Shown piece after piece: positions 16,511 through 24,633 of a DNA stretch of 32,000 nt. A model generated the notes under the pieces. That model saw nothing but the letters and a program-made list of their open reading frames with translations, was not told the origin of the DNA and did no database searches. Each line of letters opens with the position of its first letter. Within the stretch, counting starts at the first letter, position 1. Origin of the DNA: an archaeon (GTDB lineage Archaea; Iainarchaeota; Iainarchaeia; Iainarchaeales; JANQMZ01); assembly GCA_028279805.1 (NCBI GenBank), contig JANQMZ010000007.1:810001-842000 (forward strand), read 5' to 3'. The position numbers were made by a program, and so were the translations under genes.

Positions 16511-17503
16511 CTAAAATTTAATAGAAAGTTTCTTGGCTAAAGTTTTCATTTCTTTCATCAACTTGGTTATTATCTTTTTTTTCCTTTTATTATTTTTTAT
16601 TTCATCTATTCTTTGTCTGCTAATGGCCTCGATTTTGTCTAAAAAATTCTGTGCTTCACGAATAAAAACATCTGACATCTCTGGTTTATTGTTAAAAACT
16701 ACCTCTTTCGCTTTTCCAAGAGTCCATTTTCCTTCAAAATATTTCTTTTGGGCTTTTTTATCTTTAAGAACTACTCGTGTCAGATCTCTAACATCCCTAG
16801 TTTCAAGATTATCTTCAGTTATTTTTTTAATTAATTTTTTATCTAATTTTTTATCTTTTTTTTTCGCTTTTAAATAGTCAGTTGATTTATTAATCTCATA
16901 ATATTTGGTAAATTCTTTAGGATTAGAAATTTTGTTTTTTACCATAAAGTCAAACGTTTTTATGTAGTCCTGAATCTGTTTTTCAGGATAACGACTAACT
17001 TCTACTAATTCCTTAAAAGAAGCGCCTTCTCGTTTTCTTCTCTTAAACCAGACTGCAAGTTCATATGGCTCCCAATCTTTCTTTTGAATTATATGAACTC
17101 TTCCAAGTAAATAATCGATATCTGGCTGGGAAATTTTTTCTTTTATTACTTGGCATGGCACATTGGACCATTTTGTTTTTTCACTAGAAGTTTTAGCTTT
17201 TCTGTCAAGCTCCTTTAAAATACATAACCTAGTATTTCCCTCTAGCACTTTATTTTTGTAAACAATTAGTGGCTCATTAATTGCACCATCTGTTTCTATC
17301 ACTTCCTTTAGTTTTCTTGTTGGTTCCGAATGTTTTTCCCAAAATAATTCTTCAATTTTTTTTTCAGTCAATGCACCTTTTTCTCTTTCAAGAATAGAAA
17401 TTAATCTAGGATTCTCTTGGTAAAATTTTAGTTTCGATAACGGAACTTCTTTTATTTCTGTTTCAACTTTTTTATTTTTTCCAATTACAAGATATGATGA
17501 CAT
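16511..17503 (-). CDS. ParB N-terminal-domain (ParB/Srx fold) protein, paralog B
   Basis: The 330-aa ORF has VPLSKLKFYQENPRL ... GAINEPLIVYKNKVLEGNTRLCILKEL, matching the ParB-like nuclease/NTPase domain pattern (NPR box, then G-N-x-R-L). It continues with DWEPYELAVWF, RDVRDL and a Lys-rich C-terminal region. It shares these landmarks with the ORF at 19340-20365. Confidence 0.7.
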   Translation of the reverse strand: MSSYLVIGKNKKVETEIKEVPLSKLKFYQENPRLISILEREKGALTEKKIEELFWEKHSEPTRKLKEVIETDGAINEPLIVYKNKVLEGNTRLCILKELDRKAKTSSEKTKWSNVPCQVIKEKISQPDIDYLLGRVHIIQKKDWEPYELAVWFKRRKREGASFKELVEVSRYPEKQIQDYIKTFDFMVKNKISNPKEFTKYYEINKSTDYLKAKKKDKKLDKKLIKKITEDNLETRDVRDLTRVVLKDKKAQKKYFEGKWTLGKAKEVVFNNKPEMSDVFIREAQNFLDKIEAISRQRIDEIKNNKRKKKIITKLMKEMKTLAKKLSIKF

Positions 17504-17506
17504 GGT

Positions 17507-18931
17507 TTACCCCAGAAGTTCAACCAACTCTTCTTTAGATAATAAGTTTCCTTCTTTATAACTCGTAATGTCCCCCTGAATGTATTTTGCTATTTCTTCC
17601 TTCCTTTTGAGTAAATAATCAACATATTCATCAATTGTATCTTTTGCGACAAGTAAGTGAATAAAACAGTTTTTTTTTTGTGAAATTCTATGAATCCTAT
17701 CCTGAGATTGCATAAAATCAACCAAATTAAAATTTCTATCCAAGTATATGGCGTTGCTTGCAGCAGTTAATGTTAGGCCCTCTCTAGCTGCAGCGGGGTT
17801 TGCCAGCAAAATTTTATATTCCGGGTAATTTTGAAATTTTTTAACTGAGGCATTTCTTTTTTCCATAGTCATTTTTCCATAAATCATCACAGGATTAAAT
17901 TTAGAATATCTTTTTCTAAGTATTGAAATGTTTTCAATGAAAGAGGTCCAAATAATAACTTTTTGTTTTTTCTTTGTCAAATTTAAAATTAATTGATCAA
18001 GAGCTTTAAATTTAGCAGGCACTTCATCATAAGCTTTGTCAATCAGATAAGGATTGCTTGTTATTTGAATCAATCTTAAAAGTTTTACAAAAATTTCTTC
18101 TGCTTTTAAAATAATTTCATTTCCGTTCAAGTCTTTTATTTCCAAAAACAATTTTTCTTTTAATCTTTTGTACATTTCCTTTTGATCTTTTTCTAAAATA
18201 ACAGGAACGTTTATTATTTTCTTGCTAGGCAAATCCAATTCAGGAAGTTCTCCTTTGGTTCTACGCAACGATATTTTTTCAATTTTTTCTTTTAAGACTT
18301 TTAGTTTGCTTTGGTTAACTTCTTTTTTCAAATCAAAATCAAACTCTTTTTTAAATTTTTTAAAATCCTTTCCGAACGTTTTTCCATCATCCAAGAAAAA
18401 AAACTGCGCCCACAAGTCTATGGGTTTATTTGCTATGGGAGTTCCGCTAAGTATTATTTTTTTTCCCGGTAAGTTGGCTAATTTAAACAATTGAAGCGTT
18501 ATTTTAGCTTCTGGATTTTTTATTTTGTGAGATTCATCAAGAACAAGAGCCATTTTTCTAATTTTAAGTAACTCTTCAATCATTTTATTTTCTCTTATAA
18601 GAGATTCATAGCCAATAATATAAAAATAAGAAAATCCAAGCCCTTTCCTTTGCCTGGTTTTTCTGTTCCCGGTTATTTCAGTACAAGAGAGATTGCTATG
18701 TTTTTCTATTTCCTCTAACCAATTTTTAATTAATGTTTTTTTACATACAACTATTGCGCCATTTAGTTTTTTTTCTGCAAAGTTTTTACAAAGTGCATCA
18801 ATAACAATTTTTGTTTTTCCTAGTCCCTGTTCATCAAAAAGAGATACAACATCCTCTTTTTCAACGAAATCAATTGCAATGCTTTGATGCGCAAAAGGAT
18901 TTGTTTTAATTTTAAATTTATTTTTTTTCAT
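17507..18931 (-). CDS. SNF2-family (Rad54-like) DNA-dependent ATPase/translocase
   Basis: The full motif set is present: PFAHQ (Q), DEQGLGKT (I), DESHKIKN (II), LSGTPIAN (III), VIIWTSF (IV), AAREGLTLT (V) and QSQDRIHRISQKK (VI). At 474 aa it is a minimal SNF2 core with no accessory domains. Confidence 0.9.
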   Translation of the reverse strand: MKKNKFKIKTNPFAHQSIAIDFVEKEDVVSLFDEQGLGKTKIVIDALCKNFAEKKLNGAIVVCKKTLIKNWLEEIEKHSNLSCTEITGNRKTRQRKGLGFSYFYIIGYESLIRENKMIEELLKIRKMALVLDESHKIKNPEAKITLQLFKLANLPGKKIILSGTPIANKPIDLWAQFFFLDDGKTFGKDFKKFKKEFDFDLKKEVNQSKLKVLKEKIEKISLRRTKGELPELDLPSKKIINVPVILEKDQKEMYKRLKEKLFLEIKDLNGNEIILKAEEIFVKLLRLIQITSNPYLIDKAYDEVPAKFKALDQLILNLTKKKQKVIIWTSFIENISILRKRYSKFNPVMIYGKMTMEKRNASVKKFQNYPEYKILLANPAAAREGLTLTAASNAIYLDRNFNLVDFMQSQDRIHRISQKKNCFIHLLVAKDTIDEYVDYLLKRKEEIAKYIQGDITSYKEGNLLSKEELVELLG

Positions 18932-19340
18932 TTGGTAGCAACCTGTCTGGAATTTTTAATATGTCTATGTTTTTTCTATCAAGCAAACCCTGCTGGCTTA
19001 ATATTTTTTCCAATTTTTTTTCACAAGATAATGGTATGCCCACTATTAGCCTTATTGATTCACTGTCATTAATTTTTGATTTTGAAAAGTCCAAAAGCTG
19101 CTCTTTTGTTCTTTTACTTGAAAGATCTTTTGAGGATTTAGCTTCCCCAATTATTAAATTTCCAGACTCGGGATCAACACCTACCACATCTGGTCGATGT
19201 CTAACTATTTTTGGAGGCATGTATAATTTCAAATCTGAAACGTCTTTTGGGTTGTCATCAAAGCAAACTACGTGATATCCCTCATTTCTTATCTTTTTTG
19301 CGAGAAGGGTTGCTATAATTCTGTGAGTATTAGACGGCAT
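18918..19340 (-). CDS. Small PD-(D/E)xK-like nuclease (predicted)
   Basis: The 140-aa ORF has RHRPDVVGVDPESGNLIIGEAKSS, giving a D(51)...E(66)-x-K(68) arrangement on predicted beta strands, as in restriction-endonuclease-fold proteins. Its start shares one base with the stop of the upstream ParB-like gene (TAATG). Its 3' end overlaps the SNF2 start by 14 nt. Confidence 0.5.
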   Translation of the reverse strand: MPSNTHRIIATLLAKKIRNEGYHVVCFDDNPKDVSDLKLYMPPKIVRHRPDVVGVDPESGNLIIGEAKSSKDLSSKRTKEQLLDFSKSKINDSESIRLIVGIPLSCEKKLEKILSQQGLLDRKNIDILKIPDRLLPNEKK

Positions 19341-20365
19341 TATTCATCATCCAGAATTGAATTTATTTCCTCTTTAAGTTCATTTAACAGTTTTTTTTTT
19401 GCATTATTTTGGCCTGACTTTATTTCTTCCTCTTCTTTATTTGACATTTTTCTTAATCCAATTAAAACCATAGATATCCGATCAAACAATGTGGAAGAAT
19501 ACTTAGGTTCAATAGTGCTTAGTTTTTCAATTGCAATGTCATAATTTCTTTCTAGAAATAACTTTCTACAATCAGAATTCTCAAAAATTTTATCCAATTT
19601 TCTAACATCCCGAACATTAAGGAATTTGTCAATTCCAACCCAATCACAAAAATCAGCGTCTGTAAAATTCAAATTTTGCATTTGCTGTTTTAAATTTTTG
19701 TTCTTTAAATATTCCACAAAATACGTAAACTTATGTACGAAATCCTTCTTGTTTCCATATTTTTTCTTGAATTGTGTCGACATTAATTTGAATGCATCAA
19801 TATCTTGCTTAATGCTACTTTTGTTTAATTTTGTCCTTAAAGAAAGGGTCTCCAAAGAAATTTTGTGGTCCTCATGTAAAGCATACAAATATTTGGCTTT
19901 TTCATAAGTGTCCCATTCATTTGTTCCATTCAAATGGGCAGTCAATCTAATGAAATCTTTGCCTTCGTCATCTAAATCAGCGGAAAACACTACACATTTT
20001 ATTTTTTTGAAATTTTTTTCTTCAGGATATTCTCCACTTAACTGTTTATAAATAAGCAATCTGGTGTTTCCTTCAATTACAATATAGTTTTTTTTTGGAA
20101 GTTGTTGTACCCATATATCGTACAACGCTCCCTTGTTATCTTTGATTGAAGCTTTTAGGTCATAGTAATAAGAATTTCTTTTTAACGCATATGCTATTTG
20201 ACCCTGGGTCATTTTTTCTTTTTCTTCCTCAAAAGTGTCTTTAGCTAGAGATATTCTTGGATTTTCAACGTCAAACATAATTTTTTCTATTTCAATTTCT
20301 TGTCTTTTGACAGGGGTTTTTCTTCTATTAATAATGACGCTGTCGGGATAAACAGGCGAGTTCAT
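19340..20365 (-). CDS. ParB N-terminal-domain (ParB/Srx fold) protein, paralog A; first gene of the candidate defence operon
   Basis: The 341-aa ORF has IEIEKIMFDVENPRISL ... KNYIVIEGNTRLLIYKQL, followed by NEWDTYEKAKYLY and RDVRKLDKI. The order of landmarks is the same as in 16511-17503, but the two sequences are highly diverged. Confidence 0.7.
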   Translation of the reverse strand: MNSPVYPDSVIINRRKTPVKRQEIEIEKIMFDVENPRISLAKDTFEEEKEKMTQGQIAYALKRNSYYYDLKASIKDNKGALYDIWVQQLPKKNYIVIEGNTRLLIYKQLSGEYPEEKNFKKIKCVVFSADLDDEGKDFIRLTAHLNGTNEWDTYEKAKYLYALHEDHKISLETLSLRTKLNKSSIKQDIDAFKLMSTQFKKKYGNKKDFVHKFTYFVEYLKNKNLKQQMQNLNFTDADFCDWVGIDKFLNVRDVRKLDKIFENSDCRKLFLERNYDIAIEKLSTIEPKYSSTLFDRISMVLIGLRKMSNKEEEEIKSGQNNAKKKLLNELKEEINSILDDE

Positions 20366-20503
20366 TTTATTTCACATTTTTAAATTTTTTTTTGTATTGT
20401 TATAATTATATAATTAAAAACAAAATTAATTTAACACTTTACTGTGAACTATGAAATCGTATATGCTTATTTTTTGTCAAAAGTTTAGCGAAATATTTTT
20501 TTT

Positions 20504-21100
20504 TCAATATAATATTTGTTTTACTTTTTTTACAATTGATGAATGTTTGCTGTAAAACAAAAAACTCATAATTTGCCCCATGTTGCCTGTTTTTTTTCTG
20601 ATTGAACTTTTTTCAAAATCAATAATAACCGGCAAATTCTTCCTTACAATAATGTTTCTGCCCCGCCTTGCAAGCTGCCCATGGCTTAATCCTAGTGAAT
20701 CCATTAAACTTATTTGCATAAACAATTCGTTTAACAAATTCATAAACTTTTTTTTTGAAGGTTTATCAAACAACCATTTGTCCAAAGTTTTTCCTTTAAC
20801 AAATTCCATTAAAACGCATTTGTTTTGTGAATCAAATTTTTTCAGTTTTGGCCCGATGCCAACAGAATTTGCCAGCTTTAAATGTTTAACCTCTTTTTCC
20901 AGCATTTGAATTCTGCGTGATTTGTCTTTTTCAATTTTTAATGCAAACTTTTTTTCACGCAATTTAACCAGGTAAATATTTGAAGAATGTCCTTTGGCCA
21001 AAAATTTAACCATTTTAAGCTTGTTTTTTTTCAAAAAATTCTGCAATCTGAATTCTTCTGATTTCATTAAAATTACCATTTTTGATGATTGTACTGGCAT
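20504..21100 (-). CDS. Atypical Ser/Thr protein kinase (RIO/Bud32-like, archaeal COG2112-type)
   Basis: The ORF has LAKGHSSNIYLV (a Gly-rich-loop equivalent) and FALKIEK (the VAIK-like Lys). It also has LSHGQLARRGRNIIV (a catalytic-loop variant) and IIDFEKS (DFG-like). The true start may be one of the internal Met codons (MVILMKSEEF). Confidence 0.6.
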   Translation of the reverse strand: MPVQSSKMVILMKSEEFRLQNFLKKNKLKMVKFLAKGHSSNIYLVKLREKKFALKIEKDKSRRIQMLEKEVKHLKLANSVGIGPKLKKFDSQNKCVLMEFVKGKTLDKWLFDKPSKKKFMNLLNELFMQISLMDSLGLSHGQLARRGRNIIVRKNLPVIIDFEKSSIRKKTGNMGQIMSFLFYSKHSSIVKKVKQILY

Positions 21101-21199
21101 TTACACAAGCTTTTTAAATCTTTTTTAATGAAAATTAGGTTATAAAGCAATAAAAATGCTATTTTTAAAAATTTACAAATTTTTGAGGTGTAATTGTTA

Positions 21200-22843
21200 A
21201 TGGCTGAACAAGATGCAAACAGGCAAATTGTATTTTTAAGTGAGGGTTCCAAAAGAACAAGGGGGAGAGAAGCACAGCAAATTAATATTTTGATTGCAAG
21301 GGCGATCGCTGAAGCTGTAAAAAGCACTTTGGGTCCCAAAGGAATGGACAAAATGATTGTTGATGACCTGGGTGACATAATTATTTCAAATGACGGTGCA
21401 ACAATTTTGGATGAAATGAGCATTGACCATCCGGTTGGAAAAATGCTTGTAGATGTTGCAAAAACTCAGGAAGCAGAGGTGGGTGATGGCACCACGACAG
21501 CTGTTGTTTTAGCCGGAGGCTTGCTGGAAAAAGCTGAAAAATTATTGGATGATGAAATTCATCCGAGCATTATAATTAAAGGTTACAGGCATGCAACAAA
21601 AAAAGCAATTGAAATTTTAAACAAAATTTCAGATTCGGTTAATGTTAATGATAAAAAAATGTTAACACAAATTGCAATGACTTCAATGACAGGCAAATCA
21701 GCTGAAGCTGAAATGAAACTGGCTTCAATGGTTGTTGACTCTGTTTTGGCTGTAATGGAAGAAGATAATGGCAGAATTGTTATTGACAAAGACATGATTA
21801 AAATTGAAACAAAGCAAGGTGCGTCTTTGGCAAAAACTGAAATGATTAACGGCATTGTTATTGACAAAGAAGTTGTTCATTCAGGAATGCCAAAACATGT
21901 TAAAAATGCAAAAATTGCATTGGTTGATGCTGCCTTGGAAATAAAGGAAACGGAAACGGATGCGGAAATAAGAATTTCTGACCCGGAACAATTGCAGGCT
22001 TTTTTGGATAAAGAAGAATCTTTATTGAAAGAAATGGTTGAAAATGTTTCAAAATCCGGTGCAAACGTTTTAATGTGCCAGAAAGGAATTGATGATTTGG
22101 CTCAGCATTTTTTGTCAAAAAACGGAATTCTTGCAATTCGCAGGGTTAAAAAAAGTGACATGGAAAAAATTGCAAAAGCAACAGGTGCAAGCATTGTTAC
22201 AAGACTTAGTGACATTTCAAAAACAGATTTGGGGCAAGCAAAAGATGTTTCAGAAAAAAAAATAGGAGACGAAGAAATGCTGTTTATTGAAGGCTGCAAA
22301 AACCCAAAATCTGTTACAATTTTGGTTCGAGGCGGTTCACAGCACGTTGTAGAAGAAGCCGAAAGGTCAATTGATGATGCTTTGGGCACAGTTTCAAGCG
22401 TATTAAGAGACAAAAAATCTGTTTCAGGCGGAGGCAGCACCGAAATTGAACTGGCAATGCAGTTAAGAAAATATGCAACAAGTGTCGGAGGCAGAGAACA
22501 GTTAGCAATAGAAGCATTTGCTGAAACACTTGAAGTAATTCCAAGAACTTTAGCTGAAACAGCAGGAAGAAATCCTTTGGATACAATTGTTGACTTAAAA
22601 TCAAAACACAAAGGAGAAAAAGGCAAATACATCGGAGTAAACGTTTATTCCGGAAAACTAGAGGACATGAAAAAAGAACATGTCATTGAACCTTTAAGCG
22701 TTAAAACCCAGGCAATAACTTCAGCCTCAGAAGTAGCTGAAATGGTTCTAAGAATTGATGACATAATTAAAGGAACCGGAAGCAAAGCACCTCCGATGGG
22801 ACCAGAAGGAATGCCACCTGGAATGCCTCCAATGGGAATGTAA
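21200..22843 (+). CDS. ths: Thermosome subunit (group II chaperonin)
   Basis: The sequence [22 protein letters not shown] and VSGGGSTE, plus the C-terminal Gly/Met/Pro tail ([11 protein letters not shown]), identify a group II chaperonin. I prefer the ATG at 21200, with GAGGTG at 21185-21190. The track start at 21194 is a TTG. Confidence 0.95.
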   Translation: MAEQDANRQIVFLSEGSKRTRGREAQQINILIARAIAEAVKSTLGPKGMDKMIVDDLGDIIISNDGATILDEMSIDHPVGKMLVDVAKTQEAEVGDGTTTAVVLAGGLLEKAEKLLDDEIHPSIIIKGYRHATKKAIEILNKISDSVNVNDKKMLTQIAMTSMTGKSAEAEMKLASMVVDSVLAVMEEDNGRIVIDKDMIKIETKQGASLAKTEMINGIVIDKEVVHSGMPKHVKNAKIALVDAALEIKETETDAEIRISDPEQLQAFLDKEESLLKEMVENVSKSGANVLMCQKGIDDLAQHFLSKNGILAIRRVKKSDMEKIAKATGASIVTRLSDISKTDLGQAKDVSEKKIGDEEMLFIEGCKNPKSVTILVRGGSQHVVEEAERSIDDALGTVSSVLRDKKSVSGGGSTEIELAMQLRKYATSVGGREQLAIEAFAETLEVIPRTLAETAGRNPLDTIVDLKSKHKGEKGKYIGVNVYSGKLEDMKKEHVIEPLSVKTQAITSASEVAEMVLRIDDIIKGTGSKAPPMGPEGMPPGMPPMGM

Positions 22844-22931
22844 CAAGCTGCCTGACTGCAGCTGGGAGTCGTGCCATTTGCAATGGCACTGTCATCACTG
22901 CATAAGTGATCCATGTTCTGGCTCAAATGCC

Positions 22932-22958
22932 CACCTTTGTTAGGGTGAACTTTTTTTT
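22932..22958 (+). terminator. Weak hairpin plus T8 tract downstream of the thermosome gene
   Basis: CACCT(22932-22936)/GGGTG(22943-22947) form a short stem that includes one G-U pair. It is followed by TTTTTTTT at 22951-22958. Oligo-T tracts are the usual archaeal termination signal. Confidence 0.4.
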
Positions 22959-23001
22959 CCTCAATTACTTTTTAACCATTTCCAAATTTTTATTTTTCTG
23001 A

Positions 23002-23532
23002 ATGCAAGTAATTGGAATAACCGGTTTAATTAGGACAGGAAAAGATGCTGTTGCTGATTATTTGGTTGAAAAACATGGTTTTGAAAAATTTGTTTTAAGT
23101 GACATCATAGTTGAAGAAGCAAAAAAAAGACAAATTGAACCCAATAAAAAAAACATTGCTTTTCTGGCAGATGAATTAAGAAAAGAAAAAGGATTCGGAA
23201 CTGTTGCACAAAAACTTGCTGAAAAAATTAAACAAAAAAATCCTGAAAAAGTTGTGGTTGTAGGATTCAGGTCAGTTGAAGAAATTCCTTTTATTAAAAA
23301 TATTTCAAAAACTTTTACTCTTATTACAATTGTTGCTCCAAAAAAGAAAAGATTTGAAAGGCGTTCCGATTTGGATCCGGATAATGAGGAAGAATTTTTT
23401 GAAAGAGACAAAATTGATTTGGAAAACAAAGGTCTGCAAAAAGTAATTGATTTGTCGGACATGACTTTAGACAATTCAGGCACTTTTAAAGAATTATTTG
23501 AATTAATTGAAAAAAAGCTTTTTACTGAATAA
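23002..23532 (+). CDS. P-loop nucleotide/nucleoside kinase-like protein (dephospho-CoA-kinase-like / UPF0200-like)
   Basis: The N-terminus of this 176-aa ORF, MQVIGITGLIRTGKD, is a P-loop of the GxxxxGK type, but with Asp in place of the usual Ser/Thr. Its size and overall layout resemble small archaeal kinases. Confidence 0.5.
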   Translation: MQVIGITGLIRTGKDAVADYLVEKHGFEKFVLSDIIVEEAKKRQIEPNKKNIAFLADELRKEKGFGTVAQKLAEKIKQKNPEKVVVVGFRSVEEIPFIKNISKTFTLITIVAPKKKRFERRSDLDPDNEEEFFERDKIDLENKGLQKVIDLSDMTLDNSGTFKELFELIEKKLFTE

Positions 23533-23613
23533 AACGTATTTTTTATGCTTTTAAACCAAAATGAAAAGCTTTAAAAACAGCAAAATCATTTTGATTAACG
23601 AGGTGATTTTCAC

Positions 23614-24300
23614 TTGGGCGTAGATAGCGTAGTTTCCGGCGGAATTGTCGGACAAACAGCCACAAGCCTTTCAGATGCTTTAATGCAGCTTGCCATATCA
23701 ACATTAAGCTTTATACCAAACCTAATTGCAGCAGTAATAATAGTTGCAATTGGCTGGTTCATTGGAAGCTTGTTAAAACAGGCAATTGTAATACCGTTAC
23801 TTCAAAGAGTAAAGGTTGACCAATGGATTGAAGAGCAAAATTTATCCAAAGCCTTGGGACACTATGAAGTTTCAAGACTTTTAGGGAGTTTTGTTAAATG
23901 GTATGTTATTGCCGTATTTTTAGCACAAGCAGCTCAAACTTTTGACTTACAAGTTTTGGGAACATTCTTACTGGACTTAGCCAGATTTATTCCGCAAGTA
24001 TTAGTTGCATTTGTAATTTTTGCAATCGGAGTACTATTGGCAAGATATGTCAGGAACGCAGTTGAATCAACAAAACATTCACACAAAAAAACAGTCGGCC
24101 TGGTAATAGAAATAGCAGTAATTTACCTGGCAATCGTTGTTTCACTGGGCAGTGTTGGCATTGAAGTTCAGTTACTTGAAGACTTGTTCAGAATAGCATT
24201 CAGTGCATTTGTTCTGACAATAGCAATAGTAGCCGGAATATCATTCGGACTAGCTTTCAAAGATGATGCTAAAAAAATGCTGAAAGGAATCTGGAAATAA
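23614..24300 (+). CDS. Membrane protein with repeated 'conserved TM helix' units (MscS N-terminal-like)
   Basis: The units IPNLIAAVIIVAIGWFIGSLLKQAIV and IPQVLVAFVIFAIGVLLARYVRNAVE recur, giving 4-5 predicted TM helices. A TTG start sits 7 nt after GAGGTGA (23600-23606). Confidence 0.5.
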   Translation: MGVDSVVSGGIVGQTATSLSDALMQLAISTLSFIPNLIAAVIIVAIGWFIGSLLKQAIVIPLLQRVKVDQWIEEQNLSKALGHYEVSRLLGSFVKWYVIAVFLAQAAQTFDLQVLGTFLLDLARFIPQVLVAFVIFAIGVLLARYVRNAVESTKHSHKKTVGLVIEIAVIYLAIVVSLGSVGIEVQLLEDLFRIAFSAFVLTIAIVAGISFGLAFKDDAKKMLKGIWK

Positions 24301-24436
24301 AACCCGGATTCTTTTCCTTTATTTTTTCTTTTTTTAGCCATTAGAAGCTATTCCAAAGCTCTATTGCCTAGGCGCAATCGGCTTCAGGTGCTATTTTAGA
24401 TAGCACATAAATTAGCAAAAAACGCTTTTCGCATGC

Positions 24437-24445
24437 TATTTAAAA
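24437..24445 (+). promoter_or_regulatory. TATA box for the tRNA gene
   Basis: TATTTAAAA ends 26 nt upstream of the tRNA 5' end, which is archaeal TATA spacing. Confidence 0.4.
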
Positions 24446-24470
24446 CTTTTTTAACGCATTTTACTTTAAC

Positions 24471-24544
24471 GGGCACATAGCTCAGTCTGGTAGAGTGGTA
24501 GTCTTATACACTATCGGTCGGGGGTTCAAATCCTCCTGTGCCCA
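24471..24544 (+). tRNA. tRNA-Ile, anticodon UAU
   Basis: I folded the cloverleaf by hand. The acceptor is GGGCACA/TGTGCCC. The D arm is GCTC-AGTCTGGTA-GAGT. The anticodon arm is GTAGT-CT[TAT]AC-ACTAT. The variable loop is CGGTC, the T arm is GGGGG-TTCAAAT-CCTCC, and the discriminator is A. There is no encoded CCA and no intron. Confidence 0.9.
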
Positions 24545-24633
24545 TGCCCGATGTTTCGGGCGGGAACGTGCGCCGTTGGCAGCACTGGCGCCTTTGAGGC
24601 GCATTTAAATAAAGTAAATGAGTTGTTTTGCAA

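Noticed and set aside
15343-20503. Direct repeats or att-like sites flanking the five-gene operon.
   Set aside because: Both flanks are AT-rich, but I could not find matching repeats longer than chance by eye. This needs computational confirmation.
22890-22905. A C-box-like GUGAUGA on the minus strand of the thermosome downstream element (possible C/D sRNA).
   Set aside because: No CUGA D or D' box occurs at a suitable distance on that strand, and the adjacent 8-bp hairpin does not fit C/D architecture.
22645-22926. A 93-aa minus-strand ORF covering the thermosome 3' end and the GC-rich downstream element.
   Set aside because: More than half of it is antisense to the conserved thermosome C-terminus. 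The remainder is better explained by RNA hairpins.
24545-24633. A T-box-like or attenuator leader for ileS.
   Set aside because: T-box riboswitches are bacterial. The element is much too short, lacks a specifier loop and T-box sequence, and lies upstream of the likely TATA box rather than in a leader. I kept it only as an unexplained GC-rich structure.
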